Under the pieces are notes generated by a model. It was not told where the DNA came from and ran no database searches. It worked only from the letters and a program-made list of their open reading frames with translations. From contig JBBSWH010000004.1 of the NCBI GenBank assembly GCA_038046385.1, positions 9,291 to 73,290 on the forward strand: a stretch of DNA of 64,000 nt, read 5' to 3'. The translations under genes and the position numbers were made by a program. This DNA comes from Nanobdellota archaeon. GTDB lineage: Archaea; Nanobdellota; Nanobdellia; Woesearchaeales; GW2011-AR4. Positions 37,579-46,395 of this stretch are shown piece after piece (within the stretch, counting starts at the first letter, position 1; every line of letters begins with the position of its first letter).

Positions 37579-39799
37579 CTTCATCTGAGGGTTTATTATT
37601 AGTTAATTTCTCAGTATAACGGCATTTAGGAAATTTATTACAGGCGTAAAACTTTCCGTAAATCGAGCTTCTTAATACAATATCGCCTTCATTGCATTTC
37701 GGGCATTTTCTCTTTATCTCGCCTTTTGCAATCGCTTTTGCTTCTTCTCCTGCTTCACCTGCTACGTGCTTTGTGGAACATTTCGGATTCAAACAGAATT
37801 CAAGCGGCTGCTTGCCTTTCTTTATCGCAAGCACCATTGGATACTTGCAAGTTTCGCATTCTTTCTTAGCAGGTTTTATCAAAGCGTTTTTTGGTATTGA
37901 AAAAATAGTCTTGCAGTCCGGATATTTGTTGCACGCCGCAAAAGCCCCAAACTTTCCGCGGCGCATTGTTATGTTTCCGAGCTTGCATATCGGGCATATC
38001 CCGAGAAAAGACATTTCATCCTGCGTCTCCTTGTTTGCCTTTGACAGTTCAGTTCCTATCTCCTTCTGGTGCTTCTTAAAATCAATTAATATTTTTGTGA
38101 TAGCCTCTTTAGCCTCTTCCAGAACCTGATCTTTTTTCTGCTTGCCTTCCCTTATGCCTTCCATTTCAAGCTCAAAGTGCCTAGTCAGTTCTTCATCTAT
38201 TATTTTAGGTGAATATTTCTCAAGGGTTTCTATTGTTGACACTCCAAGCTGTGTGGCTTCTATCGGGGTTCCTTTTACATATCCCCTATTGAATAGTGTA
38301 TCAACAATTTCAGAGCGCGTTGCCTTTGTCCCGAGATTTCTTCTTTCAAGCTCTTTTATTATTGAAGCAGGCGTGTATCTTTTTGCGTGCTGTGTTTCCT
38401 TCGACAATAATTCTATTTTCCCAATATTCACTTTTTGCCCCTGCCTTAAATCTGGAAGCTCTATTTCTTCCAGTTTTACATAAGGCTCATAGAATTTGTG
38501 CCACCCTTTTTCTATTGTTCTTGTGCCTCTTGTTATGAAAATTTCATTGTTGCAGTTTAAGTCTACAGTCATTGTCTCTCTTACTGCATTCTCTGCAAAC
38601 GTTGCCATGAACCTCTTTACAATAATATCATAGATTTTTGCTTCCTTTGCCTCAAGCTCGTTTGGAGCAATTCCAGTCGGATAAAGCGCAGGGTGCGCAG
38701 GGTCTGTCTTTTTGCCGTTGTTTGGCTTGAGGGATTTTTTTGCTGTAAGCAGCTTGACAGATGCAGCATATTTTGCCTGCTTTCCTAAGCCGTCAAATAT
38801 CTTCTTATAGCCTATTGACTCCGGCAGCTGCTGGCTTGATGTTCTTGGATAAGAAATGAAACTTGAAGTGTAAAGCTCCTGCGCAATAGAAAGTGTTTCT
38901 TTTGGAGATATTCCGAAGCATCTGTAAGCCTCAATCTGCAATGATGTTAAATCGAACGGAAACGGAGGCATCTGGTCAAATTTTCTTCTTTCAACCTCGT
39001 CAGCATTTGCTTCTTTCTGGCTTTTTGTTTTGGCAATTGATTTCTCAGCTTCCTTTTTGTCCCAGAATTTGTCCTGCACATGCCAAGCTTCCATCTTCTG
39101 CTGCTTAAAATTTGCGTCCATCCTTATCTGCCAAAACGGCTTTGGAACAAATGCCTTGATTTCCTTTTCCCTGTCTACAATTATCTTCAGCGAGGGTCCT
39201 TGAACCCTGCCGGTTGACATTATCTTGAATGATCCTGATGATTTTATTGATGCTGTAAGCGCCCTTGAATAGTTAATTCCATTATACCAGTCCAGAAAAT
39301 GGCGCGTTTCTCCGGCCTCTGCCTGACCCCAGTCAAGGTGCTTGCTTTTTTTTGAATATGCTTCCCTTAGCTCATCTTTTGTCAATGTTGAGAACTTCAT
39401 CCTGTATGCATCTTTCTTGCCGCAAGCGTACCTTATGACATTTAATCCGATTACTTCCCCTTCCTGGTCATAATCTGTTGCAACTGTGTATTCGTTTGCG
39501 CCTTTTGCGAGCTTCTTTATTGTATTAAGATATTTTTTTGTAAACTCTGATCCCCTGACATTTTCAGAAACCGGCTTCCATTCTATGTCAAACATAGGAT
39601 ATGTCCATCCTTTCTTTTGCCTTTCACACAGCCCATAAAGATGGCCTACAGCGCACGTAACAACAATATCCTTCTTGCCATGGGTAATCTTATAGTAAGC
39701 AACGCCCTGATTAACCTCTTTTATCGCCTTTCCATCAGTAAGTGATTCTGCTATTTTCTGAGCAGCAGCCGGCTTTTCTGTGATGATTAACTCATACAT
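37559..39799 (-). CDS. topA: DNA topoisomerase I (type IA) with C-terminal zinc ribbons
   Basis: 746 aa. Toprim start YELIITEKP, active-site region FISYPRTSSQQLP, and C-terminal CPICK/CETCK/CPKCN zinc-ribbon repeats. Confidence 0.92.
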   Translation of the reverse strand: MYELIITEKPAAAQKIAESLTDGKAIKEVNQGVAYYKITHGKKDIVVTCAVGHLYGLCERQKKGWTYPMFDIEWKPVSENVRGSEFTKKYLNTIKKLAKGANEYTVATDYDQEGEVIGLNVIRYACGKKDAYRMKFSTLTKDELREAYSKKSKHLDWGQAEAGETRHFLDWYNGINYSRALTASIKSSGSFKIMSTGRVQGPSLKIIVDREKEIKAFVPKPFWQIRMDANFKQQKMEAWHVQDKFWDKKEAEKSIAKTKSQKEANADEVERRKFDQMPPFPFDLTSLQIEAYRCFGISPKETLSIAQELYTSSFISYPRTSSQQLPESIGYKKIFDGLGKQAKYAASVKLLTAKKSLKPNNGKKTDPAHPALYPTGIAPNELEAKEAKIYDIIVKRFMATFAENAVRETMTVDLNCNNEIFITRGTRTIEKGWHKFYEPYVKLEEIELPDLRQGQKVNIGKIELLSKETQHAKRYTPASIIKELERRNLGTKATRSEIVDTLFNRGYVKGTPIEATQLGVSTIETLEKYSPKIIDEELTRHFELEMEGIREGKQKKDQVLEEAKEAITKILIDFKKHQKEIGTELSKANKETQDEMSFLGICPICKLGNITMRRGKFGAFAACNKYPDCKTIFSIPKNALIKPAKKECETCKYPMVLAIKKGKQPLEFCLNPKCSTKHVAGEAGEEAKAIAKGEIKRKCPKCNEGDIVLRSSIYGKFYACNKFPKCRYTEKLTNNKPSDEAKEPSS

Positions 39800-39895
39800 A
39801 AACTATTGAATTCTGCAAATTCTATAAAAATCTTTTCAAAATGGGCAAAATTCTATAATTTTAGCTGGATTTACAGATAATATTAAAAACAGAAA

Positions 39896-40942
39896 ATGGT
39901 TTTTATGGTTATGTACGAAGAAATTGCAGCAAAGGTTCTGGAGTCGTTAAAAAACAAGGAGTTTTCCAAAGGGACATATCCAAAATTTTCTTCTGAAGAG
40001 TATACTCCTTTTAAGATTGAAAAATCTAATTTTCACGAAATAAAAGATATTGATTCAAAAAGCATTGCATTCATTGATGGGGGAAATGCTGAAATAATTG
40101 GCTCTGCAAACTTTTCATTGAGCATGATAAGAACATCTTGCATTGTATTGAAAAACAGAGAAAAAACTATCAGAAAAAAATCAGAAAGTATGGTTTTAGT
40201 AAGTTCCATAGAAGAAAACAAAGAGATACATTACAAACCGATCGTTTTTAACCCTGATTTTCTTGATATTAAAAATATTTCATTTAATTCTATGGATGAA
40301 ACTTTAAAAAACGGAGTCAACAGGGCAGAAATAAAAAATGTCCCTAATGCAGTAAGGAGGTTTGCAGAGCTAAACATGGCAAAAAATGTTGCAGATGATA
40401 TGCTTGCCGAGATTATAGTTATAGACGGAAACCTCCAGTGCACTTTGGTCAATGAAAAAAAATACCTTGATGCACTTTATGAATCCTGCACAAAAAATAA
40501 TATTGTGCTATGTGCTTTAAGCAAGACAAGCGCATTGTTTACAGACAATGGAAATCTTTTAAGCGCCGCATTAAGTGATATTGCTACGACGCAAAAATGG
40601 CAGTATCATCCAGTTGCAGAAATAAAAAGTGATAACCACCAAGCAGAAATTTTCTTTGTGAAGTTCCATGAAAAATCCAACCACGTGTTCAGGCTAGAAG
40701 TATTAAAAACACAAAAAGAGAATGCTGATGAAACGATTAGTAATGTATCATCATGCTGTAATGATCCTGTCTTCATGGGGTATCCTTTTGGACTGATAGA
40801 AGCTGACAGGATTGCGCGCGTTTCCAATGATGAAAAAGAGTTTCTAAAAACAATGATTTTGGCAAAGATAGGAGAAAAAAATATTGCAAAATACCTTAAT
40901 TCTTCAAACGCGCATCAGATACTTGACAAGATAAGCTTTTAA
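39896..40942 (+). CDS. NurA-like 5'-3' nuclease domain protein
   Basis: 348 aa. IAFIDGGNAEI, IIVIDGNLQ and ALSKTSALF resemble the conserved DG/SK blocks of NurA. Assignment rests on motifs only. Confidence 0.5.
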   Translation: MVFMVMYEEIAAKVLESLKNKEFSKGTYPKFSSEEYTPFKIEKSNFHEIKDIDSKSIAFIDGGNAEIIGSANFSLSMIRTSCIVLKNREKTIRKKSESMVLVSSIEENKEIHYKPIVFNPDFLDIKNISFNSMDETLKNGVNRAEIKNVPNAVRRFAELNMAKNVADDMLAEIIVIDGNLQCTLVNEKKYLDALYESCTKNNIVLCALSKTSALFTDNGNLLSAALSDIATTQKWQYHPVAEIKSDNHQAEIFFVKFHEKSNHVFRLEVLKTQKENADETISNVSSCCNDPVFMGYPFGLIEADRIARVSNDEKEFLKTMILAKIGEKNIAKYLNSSNAHQILDKISF

Positions 40943-40996
40943 TTTATCCAATAAAATCAGAAAACAATTTAAATAGCGGAATTTCTGTGATAAATC

Positions 40997-41719
40997 ATGG
41001 CTAATGATCAAGAAAGAGTTCCTACTGGAATAAATGGCCTCGATGAGCTTCTAAGCGGCGGATACATAAGAAAAAGCATGAATCTTCTAAGCGGAAGCCC
41101 TGGCAGCGGCAAAAGCATACTGGCAATGCAGTTCATAATAAACGGAGCCGTAAAGCACAATGAACCGGGAGTCTATATCTCATTTGAGGAGGATGCTGAA
41201 AGCCTCAGAAGAAACATGAAAAATTTCGGCTGGGACATTGAGCAGCTTGAGAAAGAAGGGAAAATAGCAATAATAAACATATCGCCCATTGATATAGAAC
41301 CCTCCCCATCGGATAGCGACATATCAAATGGAAGCTCCCTTGGAATAAAATACAGCATAGTAAAAAAAATCAAGGCAAAAAGAATTGTAATTGACTCAGC
41401 AACAGCTTATTCTGTTCTTTATACAGATGAACTAAGCAAAAGAAAAGCCCATCTTGAATTATTTAAGATGCTAAAAGATTGGGGATGCACTTCATTGCTT
41501 ATAGCAGAGCATGATCTTGAAACGCATACAAGTTCTCCTCTTGATTTTGAGGTTGACAGCATAACGTGGATGTATAATTTCAAGAAGGAGCATTTAAGGA
41601 CAAGAGCAATAGAAATAATAAAGATGCGCGGATCAAAACATTCTACTTCAACATCTGCCCTTGAAATAACAGAAAAAGGCATTGTAGTTTATCCAGGAGA
41701 ACCTGTTTTCAAATCATAA
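40997..41719 (+). CDS. Single-domain KaiC/RadA-like (RecA-superfamily) ATPase
   Basis: 240 aa with GINGLDELLSGGYIRKSMNLLSGSPGSGKS (Walker A) and IVIDSAT (Walker B-like). Confidence 0.8.
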   Translation: MANDQERVPTGINGLDELLSGGYIRKSMNLLSGSPGSGKSILAMQFIINGAVKHNEPGVYISFEEDAESLRRNMKNFGWDIEQLEKEGKIAIINISPIDIEPSPSDSDISNGSSLGIKYSIVKKIKAKRIVIDSATAYSVLYTDELSKRKAHLELFKMLKDWGCTSLLIAEHDLETHTSSPLDFEVDSITWMYNFKKEHLRTRAIEIIKMRGSKHSTSTSALEITEKGIVVYPGEPVFKS

Positions 41720-41723
41720 AAAA

Positions 41724-41826
41724 CGCCCCTCCGGGGAATTGAACCCCGATCTTAAGCTGTTTTCAAGCGAAATTGCTGGATTTTCGCTGCCGCAAGCTCA
41801 TGTGCTATCCGTTATACCAGAGGGAC
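41724..41826 (-). tRNA. tRNA-Arg(GCG) with a 31-nt intron at the canonical 37/38 position
   Basis: Minus strand reads GTCCCTCTGGTATAACGGATAGCACATGAGCTTGCGG[CAGCGAAAATCCAGCAATTTCGCTTGAAAAC]AGCTTAAGATCGGGGTTCAATTCCCCGGAGGGGCG. Anticodon arm is TGAGC-TTGCGGA-GCTTA. The intron contains the AGCGAAA/TTTCGCT helix. Confidence 0.8.
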
Positions 41827-41935
41827 ACTATTAATATATAGGTAGAAACTGCTTTTTTATAAAGCTTCTCAGATATCAATTTCACCACTCACCTATAGTA
41901 ACAAAATAGAAAGATTTATAAATAGGGAAAAAAGG

Positions 41936-42847
41936 ATGTTTGTTATGGCACTTGATGATTTATTAAACAACCTGTCAAATCCCTCTACAAAACAAGTTCT
42001 TGATGGGTTGCAAGAAGCAGTAGTCATTACAGGGGTAGATGGATCAATACTTTACGCCAATAGTCAATTTTCAAAAATTGTACAGGCTTATTATGGAAAA
42101 GAAAATCCACATGGCAGAAATTTATTTGGGGATTATAACTTTGAAGCAAAAGATCAAAAAGCCGCTCTCCTTGAAGAATGTGTAAGCAGTGGACTGGCAA
42201 AACAATCTAGAAGAGTTGTATATGTAAGGGATGATAAAAGTGAGCATTATTACAATATAAGGATGGAGCCGTTAAAAGGTGCTAATGAAAAAGTAGAAGG
42301 TGTCCAAGTAGGGTTTGTAGATGTAACTAACGAGGTTTTAGAGGCTATAAAAGATGAATTAACTGGCGCATTTACGAAAAATCATTATTTAAGGCAATTA
42401 TTTCCTACAGAAAGCGCTAGGGCTATTAGAGCTAAAAGGAGCGGTTCTGAGAAAGAGTCTTATTTAGGAGTCATTGTAGGGGATTTGCAGGATTTCAAAA
42501 AAGTTAATGATACATTGGGCCATTCTATTGGTGATGATATACTAAAAAGAACAGCAAGTTTAATGATGGAAAGTGTAAGGCCAACAGATTATGTAATAAG
42601 GTTTGGAGGAGATGAATTTTGCGTCTTGCTTCCAAATACGGATCAAGCAGCCGCAAATCAGGTTATGGCAAGAATAAATTCTAATATTAAAAAATATAAT
42701 AGGGGAATAAGAAATCCACTCATGCAAATCAAAATGAATTTTGGAGTGCTATCAGATAATGATAATTATGAGGGTATTTTGGAAAAAGCTGATGCTTTTA
42801 TGTATGCCAATAAAAGAGGAGCAAAAGAAAAGGGTACTCCTCCATAA
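41936..42847 (+). CDS. PAS-like sensor + GGDEF diguanylate cyclase domain protein
   Basis: 303 aa. N-terminal PAS-like LQEAVVITGVDGSILYANSQFSKI. GGDEF domain is GDLQDFKKVNDTLGHSIGDDIL ... RPTDYVIRFGGDEFCVLLP, with an intact GGDEF motif and RxxD five residues upstream. Confidence 0.85.
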   Translation: MFVMALDDLLNNLSNPSTKQVLDGLQEAVVITGVDGSILYANSQFSKIVQAYYGKENPHGRNLFGDYNFEAKDQKAALLEECVSSGLAKQSRRVVYVRDDKSEHYYNIRMEPLKGANEKVEGVQVGFVDVTNEVLEAIKDELTGAFTKNHYLRQLFPTESARAIRAKRSGSEKESYLGVIVGDLQDFKKVNDTLGHSIGDDILKRTASLMMESVRPTDYVIRFGGDEFCVLLPNTDQAAANQVMARINSNIKKYNRGIRNPLMQIKMNFGVLSDNDNYEGILEKADAFMYANKRGAKEKGTPP

Positions 42848-42855
42848 ACATATTA

Positions 42856-44415
42856 TTACCCCTCCCAGTCTCTCAAGCTAATCTGGCCTTTGCGTTTATT
42901 TTCAGGAATTAAGGCAACATCCTGTCCAAGCTGTTTTTTTATATTTAATGCTGTCTTCTCTCCAATAATCTGAGTCAAGGTAGACAAATCTACAGCTTTC
43001 AAATCTTTTATATCTTTTAATTTGTTCCTAAAAAGCAATCTCGCCCTTACTCTTCCGATATTCTCCAGTTTTATCAGGGGCAATAATTCTTCCTTGACTC
43101 CATACTTTAATCTTAATCTTAGTTTTATGATTTCTTTTATCAAAGACTGATAATGGAGCATCTTGCACATCTCTTCTGTCGAGTACAAAAGCCAGTCTGC
43201 TATGTCCACTTTTGCCCGCAACTCCCCTGGCCTCGTGTTATACTCTTCAAGCAAAAATTCTTCATCCTGCTCGTCAATCCACTGATTAAACATCGAAGCA
43301 GTCTTGACAGAATTCAAAAAATCCTCATATTCCGGTTCGTACATTGAGGGCTCCTGCTCAAGGATATAGTCGCCCATTTCGAGCAAAAATTCCTGTATCT
43401 TGTCATATTCTCTTATACCGACTTTAAGCATAGGCCTTATCTCAAGCGTGTGTGATATAGTCTGCAAAAACGAAAACGCATTTATCTTTTTGTCAGACGC
43501 ATTTCTCATGCACGTGATTATAAAATGCGCTGTCAAAGGATCAAGATACAATTCTGCAATTCTTTTTCCTATTAAAGTTGCTTTCAGTTTTTCATCATCT
43601 ATTTCATTTGCGCTCGTGAATTCATCGCCGGAACGCATAATGAACTCCCACTCTTCCAGCATGTCAATCACTTTTGAAATTGTTGAATGCAGTTTTCTCA
43701 AATCCTTAAACTGGTGCGCATAGAATGTCTTGTCAAAAAAGCCAAACAGCTGTTTTTTTGTCGTGATAAAATTTGCAGCGATTAATGAAAGCACATATGT
43801 CCTTAAAACCGGCTCAACAGCAAGCTTCGAGTATATATCTTCCGGGGTTCCATTAAGATATTTTTCTTCTATCTTTTCCTTCTCGCCCTCAGTCATTGCA
43901 ATGACAATTGACTGGCCTTCGCTGTCATAATTCGGCCTTCCAGCTCTGCCAGACATCTGCATGTAATCCAGTACTGGAATCCATGATAATCCGTGAACAG
44001 TATACCTTCTCAAATCCTTTATTATTGCCCGGAAAGCTGGCAAATCAACCCCGTAAGCAAGCGTTGGGGTGCAGCAGATTATTTTTATTGTGCTGTTCCT
44101 GAAATTTTCTTCTATTATCTCTTTTTGTTTGTGTGTCAGGCCGGCATGATGGAATGCAATCCCTTTTCTCATGCAGAACGATAGTTTCTCGCACTGTTTT
44201 GTCGGCTTCGGAAGCGCATTTAATGCATCTTCCGCAATCAGATTAAGAGTTTCATTTGTTGATTTTATTTTTTTTGATATTTCTTCTGCTGTCTTCTCTG
44301 CCGATTTTTTTGTGTTTACAAAAACAATGGCCTGCTTGCCTATCTTTAAAGTGTCAAGCGCCAGATTAATAGCTCCGCTTTCAAACTCGTCGTCAATCTT
44401 AACTTGCTTAGGCAT
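42856..44415 (-). CDS. Ski2/Hel308-like helicase, C-terminal portion only (RecA2 + WH + ratchet + HhH); RecA1/DEAD domain absent
   Basis: 519 aa. Starts just before motif IV (KQAIVFVNTKKSAEKTA). Has GIAFHHAGL, CCTPTLAYGVDLPA, QMSGRAGRP and a C-terminal HhH-like NIGRVRARLLF. No Walker A or DEAH motif. The upstream gene is unrelated. Confidence 0.8.
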   Translation of the reverse strand: MPKQVKIDDEFESGAINLALDTLKIGKQAIVFVNTKKSAEKTAEEISKKIKSTNETLNLIAEDALNALPKPTKQCEKLSFCMRKGIAFHHAGLTHKQKEIIEENFRNSTIKIICCTPTLAYGVDLPAFRAIIKDLRRYTVHGLSWIPVLDYMQMSGRAGRPNYDSEGQSIVIAMTEGEKEKIEEKYLNGTPEDIYSKLAVEPVLRTYVLSLIAANFITTKKQLFGFFDKTFYAHQFKDLRKLHSTISKVIDMLEEWEFIMRSGDEFTSANEIDDEKLKATLIGKRIAELYLDPLTAHFIITCMRNASDKKINAFSFLQTISHTLEIRPMLKVGIREYDKIQEFLLEMGDYILEQEPSMYEPEYEDFLNSVKTASMFNQWIDEQDEEFLLEEYNTRPGELRAKVDIADWLLYSTEEMCKMLHYQSLIKEIIKLRLRLKYGVKEELLPLIKLENIGRVRARLLFRNKLKDIKDLKAVDLSTLTQIIGEKTALNIKKQLGQDVALIPENKRKGQISLRDWEG

Positions 44416-44453
44416 TATAAAAAAAGAAGAATCAAAGTTTATAAGATTTTTGA

Positions 44454-46343
44454 TTAAACTACGTTTACATTGATCATCTGCTCTGTCTTGTCAATGCCGT
44501 CGCTTACAATTACTTTAACCTGTTTTGTGCCTCTTGTTGTGAATATTCTCTGATGCTTCTGCGTGCCTTTGTATTTGTCAAAAAAGCCAAAGTCCCAAGT
44601 ATAATCCAGCTGGTCATTGTCATCGTCAACTGCCACAACAGACATCGATGCTGGCTTGTTCAAGCGTGCAGTTACGCTTATTGTTGCATTGGCAATTCTT
44701 GGCGCCCTATTTTTATCTCTTAATTCTAGCTTCATGATTTGTTTTGAATCAAGCGAGCCGTCTGTTGCGCTAAAAACAAGATTATAAACCTGTTTCTGTC
44801 CTTTGCTTAAAACAGAGTATGCTGGTTTCCATATGAATGCGTTGTCTTTTATATTGACTCCTTGCGGAGGGTTTTCCAAATAATATTTTACATTGTCCCC
44901 ATCTGGGTCTTTTGCATTCAGAAGCATTGCAATCTCGTCATTTTCGTATGCAACAATATCCGATAATTTATCTAAAGCCGGAGCCCTGTTTGAATTTGCA
45001 ACATTCACAGGAACTTTGATTGATGCCTGTTCTGTTCCGTCGCTTGCAGTTATAGTAATTTCATGGTCTCCTGAATCATCATAAGTTGGCCTGAATGCGG
45101 CAGTTGAAATGTATCCGGAAAATTGCAGTGTTACTTTGTCGCCGTCTAAATCATAAGCTCTTGGTTCAAGTGTAACAAATTCATCTTCTTTTGCAATTAT
45201 TGTGTCCATCGGCTCTATCACAGGTGCCCTGTTCTTGTCAACAACAGTTATTATGACATTCTGCACCACTTGGTTTTTGTTTGAAACTGCAATAAACTGC
45301 GGATAGAAGCTCTTGCCGAGTATCCTGAATTTTCCAAGAAGCTTGTTGAAGAAGCTGTTCTTCTGTATTGTATCATAATCTGGTGTCCATGTAAATACAT
45401 TGCCGTCAAGCAATGACCCTTCCGGAAGGTTTTTTGCTTCAAAATTTATTTTGTCTCCGTCAGGATCAGATACCTTGAAAGTTATTTTTATCTCATCACC
45501 CTCATTAACTACCGGGTTGCTTAGTTCAGCAAATTCTGCCGGCCTGTCAATATCATTGACAGTTACTACCACTGTCTTGCTGCCGGAAAATCCCTTTCCT
45601 TCAGCATGCACTTTTATATCATAAATGCCGGAATCGTCATAAGTAGTTTGCCACTCATTGTTATTGTTGAATGGCTTTGAGATTGTATACGCCAGCCCAT
45701 ATTTTTCAAAATCTGGAATTTCTATCTTTACAAGTTCATTTTCATTTGCAGCCACATCCTTGATTTCATCAAGAATCCCCTGCACATCTACATTTTTGAC
45801 TTCAACTGGCCATTCTTTTGATGTTTCGAGTTTTCCGTCTGAAACAACTGATTTTATCCTGTGCGTTCCTTCGTCATTGTACGTTGAATCGTAAGTATAT
45901 TCATTTCCTTCTGCAACTTTCTTGTTGTCAAAATACCACCTGTAAGTTAATTCGTCTTTGTTTGCATCTGATGCAATAACACTAAAATCTACTGACTGTG
46001 ATTCGTTTATTGCTATTGAATCCTGCCTTGGAAGAAATGAGTCAACAGAAGGCGCTGCTTCCTTTCTTTTTACAACAATCAGAATATCTTTAGAAGTGCT
46101 TATCTGGCCGTCAGAAACAGTCACCATTGAATTATATGTGCCTGCATCTCCATAAGTTGTCTGCCATTCTCCATTTTCATTTAAGGGGGATGAATACTCA
46201 ATAGATATATAATCAGAATCAGGATCATCAGCTTTCGGAGCGATTGCTATCTTCTCCGTCTCATCTATCACGAACTTTGTCGCAGAATAGGCAAGAGGAA
46301 TTACTAAGAATACAATCAAAAGTAAAGCTAGCTTCTTTTTCAT
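44454..46343 (-). CDS. Secreted surface protein with tandem Ig-like (PKD/cadherin-like) repeats
   Basis: 629 aa. Signal peptide, then about 6 repeats with recurring EWQTTY(G/D)D(A/S)G.Y...V.V.DG and DPDGD motifs. Confidence 0.7.
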   Translation of the reverse strand: MKKKLALLLIVFLVIPLAYSATKFVIDETEKIAIAPKADDPDSDYISIEYSSPLNENGEWQTTYGDAGTYNSMVTVSDGQISTSKDILIVVKRKEAAPSVDSFLPRQDSIAINESQSVDFSVIASDANKDELTYRWYFDNKKVAEGNEYTYDSTYNDEGTHRIKSVVSDGKLETSKEWPVEVKNVDVQGILDEIKDVAANENELVKIEIPDFEKYGLAYTISKPFNNNNEWQTTYDDSGIYDIKVHAEGKGFSGSKTVVVTVNDIDRPAEFAELSNPVVNEGDEIKITFKVSDPDGDKINFEAKNLPEGSLLDGNVFTWTPDYDTIQKNSFFNKLLGKFRILGKSFYPQFIAVSNKNQVVQNVIITVVDKNRAPVIEPMDTIIAKEDEFVTLEPRAYDLDGDKVTLQFSGYISTAAFRPTYDDSGDHEITITASDGTEQASIKVPVNVANSNRAPALDKLSDIVAYENDEIAMLLNAKDPDGDNVKYYLENPPQGVNIKDNAFIWKPAYSVLSKGQKQVYNLVFSATDGSLDSKQIMKLELRDKNRAPRIANATISVTARLNKPASMSVVAVDDDNDQLDYTWDFGFFDKYKGTQKHQRIFTTRGTKQVKVIVSDGIDKTEQMINVNVV

Positions 46344-46395
46344 TTATCCCCCAAATAAAAGAAAAGACGGCAATAATTTGCCGTATTTTGTAAAA

